In this document: positions 48,829 through 52,844 of the stretch, piece after piece
Position numbering within the stretch: position 1 is the stretch's first letter
Layout of the letters: each line of letters begins with the position of its first letter
DNA from: an uncultured Methanosarcinales archaeon
GTDB taxonomy: Archaea; Nanobdellota; Nanobdellia; Woesearchaeales; GW2011-AR9
Reading direction: 5' to 3'
DNA length: 52,844 nucleotides
NCBI GenBank assembly: GCA_964510085.1
Contig: CAZEAB010000006.1
Coordinates: forward strand, 1-52,844
Translations under genes and position numbers: made by a program
Notes under the pieces: model-generated
Databases searched by the model: none
What the model was told of the DNA's origin: nothing
The model's input: the letters and a program-made list of their open reading frames with translations, nothing else

Positions 48829-49554
48829 ATGATAGAAATAAAATCAATTAAAAAAAAGTATGTCAAGAATAATTCTCTTGCTATTGATGACATTTCCTTT
48901 AATATAAATAATGGAGAGATCATTTCAATTGTTGGACCAAGTGGGTGTGGTAAAACTACACTATTAAGGATTATTGCTGGTTTAGTCAAACCGACAGAAG
49001 GAAGTGTTAATTTTAAATCAGATGTAAAAAATAATTCTAATAAAAAATCAAGTATAGTTTTCCAAAATCCAGTTCTATTACCTTGGAGAAATGTTTATGA
49101 TAACGTAAAATTACCTAACGAGCTTAACAATATTGTGGGAAATAAAAGAGTCATCGAAAAAATAAAACTGGTTGGTTTAGAAGAATTTAGGAACCATTTT
49201 CCAAATGAATTATCTGGGGGTATGCAACAGAGAGTAAATGTTGCACGGGCACTTGTTTTAAACCCAGAATTAATTCTTATGGATGAACCATTTGGTGCTT
49301 TAGATGAAATAAACAGAAATAAACTTAATTTAGAATTATTAAGAATACATCAAAAATTAAAACCAACAATCGTATTTGTAACACACGCAATATCGGAAGC
49401 AGTTTTCATTTCAAACAAAGTTGTTATTCTTTCAGATAGACCATCTAAAATCAAGGATATAATCCCCATTTATTTACCAAAGGAAAGGAACATTGAATTA
49501 AAGGACACAAAAGAATTTCAGGAGTATGTAAAATGCATTCTAAAAAAGATTTAA
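48829..49554 (+). CDS. ABC ATPase (TauB/SsuB type)
   Basis: GPSGCGKT, LLPWRNV, LSGGMQQR, MDEPFGALD. Confidence 0.95.
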   Translation: MIEIKSIKKKYVKNNSLAIDDISFNINNGEIISIVGPSGCGKTTLLRIIAGLVKPTEGSVNFKSDVKNNSNKKSSIVFQNPVLLPWRNVYDNVKLPNELNNIVGNKRVIEKIKLVGLEEFRNHFPNELSGGMQQRVNVARALVLNPELILMDEPFGALDEINRNKLNLELLRIHQKLKPTIVFVTHAISEAVFISNKVVILSDRPSKIKDIIPIYLPKERNIELKDTKEFQEYVKCILKKI

Positions 49555-50285
49555 TGTACCCAATTGTAACTTTCTTTATGATTGTTGGAATATGGCAACT
49601 CATTGATTTCTTGTTAAACATTAAGGAAGTAATTTTTCCGAGTCCAATAGAAATCTATCAAAGCATAATTGAAAATTACAATGTATTACTTAAACATACA
49701 TCGATAACCATGGTTGAATCTGTTTTAGGTTTTATTATTGGCGCTAGTTTGGGAGTAGCTTGTGGGATATTATTTGTATATTCCTCGAAATCAAAAAAAT
49801 CACTATACCCTTATGCAATAGCATTGAAAGCAACCCCATTATATGCACTAGCACCCCTGTTGGTGTTATGGTTTGGCAACGGAATTATGTCAAAAATAGT
49901 AATGTCAGCAATGGTGGCATTCTTCCCCGTTTTAGTAAATGCTGTAAAAGGATTTAGTTCAGCAGATCAAGAGAGTTTAGACTTGTTTAAATCTTTATCG
50001 GCATCAAAATTAGTTACATTTTCAAAATTACGTTTTCCTAGTTCTTTGCCATACATCTTCCCTGCATTAAAGACAGCAACCACTCTTGCCGTAGTTGGAG
50101 CAACAATTGCAGAGTTCACTGGGGCATCATCTGGAATAGGTCATCTGATTGTGAATTCTTCATATTATTTAGATACCAGTATAATGTTTGCAGGAATAAT
50201 TTTTATTTCTATAGCAGGCGTATTGTTTTTTTATTTTGTTGAATTTATAGAGAGACGAGTAGTCTTTTGGCAAAATACAGATTAA
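49533..50285 (+). CDS. ABC permease (TauC/SsuC type)
   Basis: FPSP, LAPLLVLWFG, AEF..ASSGIG. Confidence 0.93.
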   Translation: MHSKKDLMYPIVTFFMIVGIWQLIDFLLNIKEVIFPSPIEIYQSIIENYNVLLKHTSITMVESVLGFIIGASLGVACGILFVYSSKSKKSLYPYAIALKATPLYALAPLLVLWFGNGIMSKIVMSAMVAFFPVLVNAVKGFSSADQESLDLFKSLSASKLVTFSKLRFPSSLPYIFPALKTATTLAVVGATIAEFTGASSGIGHLIVNSSYYLDTSIMFAGIIFISIAGVLFFYFVEFIERRVVFWQNTD

Positions 50286-50292
50286 ACTTCAC

Positions 50293-50316
50293 AACCCACT
50301 ACCCACTGGACAACCA
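50293..50316 (+). repeat. 24-bp dispersed element, copy 2
   Basis: Identical to the reverse complement of 855-878; 9 nt upstream of TTTATATA (50326-50333). Confidence 0.9.
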
Positions 50317-50366
50317 CACCCAGGGTTTATATACCACCAATCTCGCAAACATACTAGGTGATGTGC

Positions 50367-50477
50367 ATGAGAGTAAAACTAATACGACGGGGAAAAGTAG
50401 TGGGGATGATTCATCAAGACTTCCATAATAAAGAAGAAATCAACATTTGGGCAGAATTAGAACTACCTACAGTATAA
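50367..50477 (+). CDS. Putative 36-aa microprotein MRVKLIRRGKVVGMIHQDFHNKEEINIWAELELPTV
   Basis: TATA at 50326, AGGTGA RBS 5 nt before the ATG; stop abuts the convergent gene. Confidence 0.6.
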   Translation: MRVKLIRRGKVVGMIHQDFHNKEEINIWAELELPTV

Positions 50478-51260
50478 TTATTCTGGTTTTGCAAATCTTC
50501 CTTTTTTTCTTGCAGAATTCATAGCATTAGAAAACACATAAGACATAAGGCCTAAAAATATTAATCCCACTATTAAAGGATACCATAAAACACTAAGTTC
50601 TACATTTCCGCCAGCTATTATAACTCTCATACTTTCAAATATTGTTGTCAACGGATTAACTGAAGCTATACTGGCTGCCCAAGGAGGTAATGCCGATAAT
50701 GGATAAAATACACAACTAAATGGTTGTATTATCCAAATAACACTCCATGCAAGTATTTGTATTCTTGTACCAAAACGAAGTACAAGAGAACCAATAAACA
50801 AACCAATAGCCCAAGCAATAATAAAAAGAACTCCAATAAAAAACAATATTTTATAACTAAAATTAAATACATTAAAACTATATAATGCGTATCCAAAGAT
50901 ACTTACAACTGCAAATGAGACTAACGATCTAATAATACCTAATATCCCTAAAGAAGTAACCAGTTCTATTTTCTTAATAGGAGAAGTAAATAAATGATAT
51001 ACACTTCTAGACCAATAAAATTCTAAAAGATATACCACTAAATCCTGGCTACCTCTCCAGACAAATAACCACAACACAATTCCCCCCATAATGGAATTAA
51101 TAATATTGAAATCAGACAAACCTTGAATAAAGAAAGTCATAAACCCCCAGATTAATACATCTAGAATTGGCCAATAGAGAATATCAAAAAGTCTGTCTGC
51201 ACTACTAAATGAGATAAACCAATAGTTCAATAACAATGCTTTAATTCTATGCCATTTCAT
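50478..51260 (-). CDS. ABC-2 type exporter permease
   Basis: About 6 TM helices, VFYPLSALPPW..NPLT..ESMR. Confidence 0.92.
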   Translation of the reverse strand: MKWHRIKALLLNYWFISFSSADRLFDILYWPILDVLIWGFMTFFIQGLSDFNIINSIMGGIVLWLFVWRGSQDLVVYLLEFYWSRSVYHLFTSPIKKIELVTSLGILGIIRSLVSFAVVSIFGYALYSFNVFNFSYKILFFIGVLFIIAWAIGLFIGSLVLRFGTRIQILAWSVIWIIQPFSCVFYPLSALPPWAASIASVNPLTTIFESMRVIIAGGNVELSVLWYPLIVGLIFLGLMSYVFSNAMNSARKKGRFAKPE

Positions 51261-52189
51261 AATTCTTCACTGTCCTCGTTTTGTCTAGATTGACGAATAA
51301 AATATTCCTCTAATGTCGGTTTTTCTAAATGAATATCATCAAACGGAATTTTTTGTTTGATAAATTCCTCTAAAATTGGATATACTACCCTCTTTTTATT
51401 TTGTAGTCTGAAAACAAGCTGCTTTCCTTCTTTCTCAAAATCAATCCCTCTTTTTTCCAACAACCTTTGAGCTTTCTTAATATTTTTGGAAAAGTGTAAC
51501 ATCACTTTCTGTGTTTGCAAGTCTTTAACTAAATCTTGTGCATTTCCAGTTGCAACAATTTTACCTTTGTTCATAAATGCAATTCTGTTACATAACTTTT
51601 CAACTTCCTGCATGTAATGTGAAGTGAAAATAATCGTACAACCAGTTTCTTTATTATATTGTTTTAAATGATCTCTAGTAATCTCTGCCATGTCTGGATC
51701 TAATCCAACTGTACATTCATCTAAAAATAACAATTCTGGATCATTTAGAAGTGCCTTAACTAACACGACTCTACTTCTTTCTCCGGAACTTAGTGATTCA
51801 ATTTTAGTTTTATAAATATATCTTATCATAAATTTTTCAGAAAGTTCTTCAATTTTCTTCTTTGGATTTTTAACATTATATAACTTAGCATATACTAGTA
51901 AATTTTGCCAAACAGTTAATCTTCCATGTAAATTATAATATGCAGTAGCAACATTAAATCGTTGTTTACACTCCTCTTCATTTTTTGAAAAGTCTTTTCC
52001 AAATATCTTGATAGAACCAGAATCTGGAGATGTTAATCCACTAAGCATGTTTATTGTAGTAGATTTTCCGGCTCCATTAACTCCAAGTAAACCAAAGATC
52101 TCTCCTTTTTTAACTCTAAATGAAACTTTATCTACTGCTTTTACTTTTCCAAATTTTTTTACCAGCTTACTTACTACTAAAACATCCAT
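51257..52189 (-). CDS. ABC exporter ATP-binding protein
   Basis: GVNGAGKST, LSSGE, FLDECT, TSHYM. Confidence 0.94.
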   Translation of the reverse strand: MDVLVVSKLVKKFGKVKAVDKVSFRVKKGEIFGLLGVNGAGKSTTINMLSGLTSPDSGSIKIFGKDFSKNEEECKQRFNVATAYYNLHGRLTVWQNLLVYAKLYNVKNPKKKIEELSEKFMIRYIYKTKIESLSSGERSRVVLVKALLNDPELLFLDECTVGLDPDMAEITRDHLKQYNKETGCTIIFTSHYMQEVEKLCNRIAFMNKGKIVATGNAQDLVKDLQTQKVMLHFSKNIKKAQRLLEKRGIDFEKEGKQLVFRLQNKKRVVYPILEEFIKQKIPFDDIHLEKPTLEEYFIRQSRQNEDSEEL

Positions 52190-52293
52190 GTACTTAAGAA
52201 AGAAGAGGGGGTATTAAAATCTTTCATTTTAAAATAGAAAGCCCTCGCCGATAACTTCACTAACGTTCAGAATCGTCATCGTCTTTTGAAAAA

Positions 52294-52365
52294 AGCCTCT
52301 GCCGAGATTTGAACTCGGGACCTGCGCTTTACGAGAGCGCCGCTATACCACTAAGCCACAGAGGC
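52294..52365 (-). tRNA. tRNA-Thr(CGT)
   Basis: Acceptor GCCTCTG/CAGAGGC, anticodon arm GCGCT-CTCGTAA-AGCGC, T-arm CCGAG-TTCAAAT-CTCGG. Confidence 0.96.
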
Positions 52366-52366
52366 A

Positions 52367-52525
52367 TTACAACTTCTCTAATAACTCTTTATGATTAAAC
52401 TTCTTCTGACAAGCAAAACAAACTTCATACTTCTTTGAACTACCTTCTTTCCTAATTACTGTACCTTTCAATTTACCTAAAAACAGTTCTTGAATGTTCT
52501 CTTTACAAATGCCACATTTTCTCAT
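52367..52525 (-). CDS. 52-aa zinc-finger protein (CxxC...CxxC), absent from ORF track
   Basis: MRKCGICKENIQELFLGKLKGTVIRKEGSSKKYEVCFACQKKFNHKELLEKL. Confidence 0.8.
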   Translation of the reverse strand: MRKCGICKENIQELFLGKLKGTVIRKEGSSKKYEVCFACQKKFNHKELLEKL

Positions 52526-52663
52526 TTCGTTTCACTTCATTCCAAAGCCCTCGAGTATGTAATACTCTTCGGTTTACTCATTTTCCAATTAGAGAGGGGT
52601 TATTTTTTAAATTCTTCTCTTTTTTAGGCAAAATAAATAAACAATGAAGATAAATGAATTACA

Positions 52664-52844
52664 ATGAGAAAACGACTTGCGGTTATTGATAAGAACAAAT
52701 GTCACCCAGAGGAATGTGGCAACTACCTTTGTGCTAAATTGTGTCCCGTTAACAGAACTGGAGCAGATTGTATCTATCCAGGAGATATGGATAACAAAGC
52801 AAGAATTGATGAAGTTCTTTGTACTGGCTGTGGTATTTGTCCAA
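52664..52844 (+). CDS. rli: Ribosome recycling ATPase ABCE1/RLI, 5' part (truncated by window)
   Basis: RLAVIDKNKCHPEECGNYLCAKLCPVNR...IDEVLCTGCGICP Fe-S domain. Confidence 0.93.
   Translation, partial: MRKRLAVIDKNKCHPEECGNYLCAKLCPVNRTGADCIYPGDMDNKARIDEVLCTGCGICP

Noticed and set aside
855-50316. The two 24-bp copies as terminal inverted repeats of one 49-kb mobile element
   Set aside because: The interval is mostly core housekeeping genes, with no transposase, integrase or target-site duplication.
2368-52217. Numerous short antisense or alternate-frame ORFs in the track (e.g. 2368-2694, 4915-5313, 15851-16255, 23026-23397, 42152-42568)
   Set aside because: They lie within well-supported genes and have no motifs; they are shadow ORFs.

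Overview
AT-rich archaeal chromosomal segment. The gene set (topoisomerase VI A/B, archaeal DnaG, RIO1, KH/Dim2, aIF-1A, aIF5B, aEF-1beta, Trm1, RtcA, ABCE1), TATA-type promoters and BHB-intron tRNAs indicate an archaeon. A DPANN lineage such as Woesearchaeota is my best inference. There are four tRNA genes: Cys(GCA), Arg(TCT) with a D-loop intron, Thr(CGT), and a Trp(CCA) interrupted by three introns, one carrying box C/D-like guide elements. The most interesting observations are: (1) a GC-rich structured non-coding motif in two copies (7173-7239, 24367-24436) with compensatory base changes that matches no family I recognise; (2) a 24-bp element repeated exactly at 855-878 and 50293-50316, with a degenerate copy at 17922-17938, each just upstream of a TATA box; (3) a bacterial group-1 sigma70 gene split by a frameshift; (4) bacterial-type envelope features, namely LspA with lipobox proteins and two secreted proteins resembling outer-membrane beta-barrels; (5) a probable 9.8-kb inversion that broke the aIF-1A-RIO1-KH operon. 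No CRISPR array, transposase or integrase was seen. All calls come from motif recognition by eye; no searches were run.
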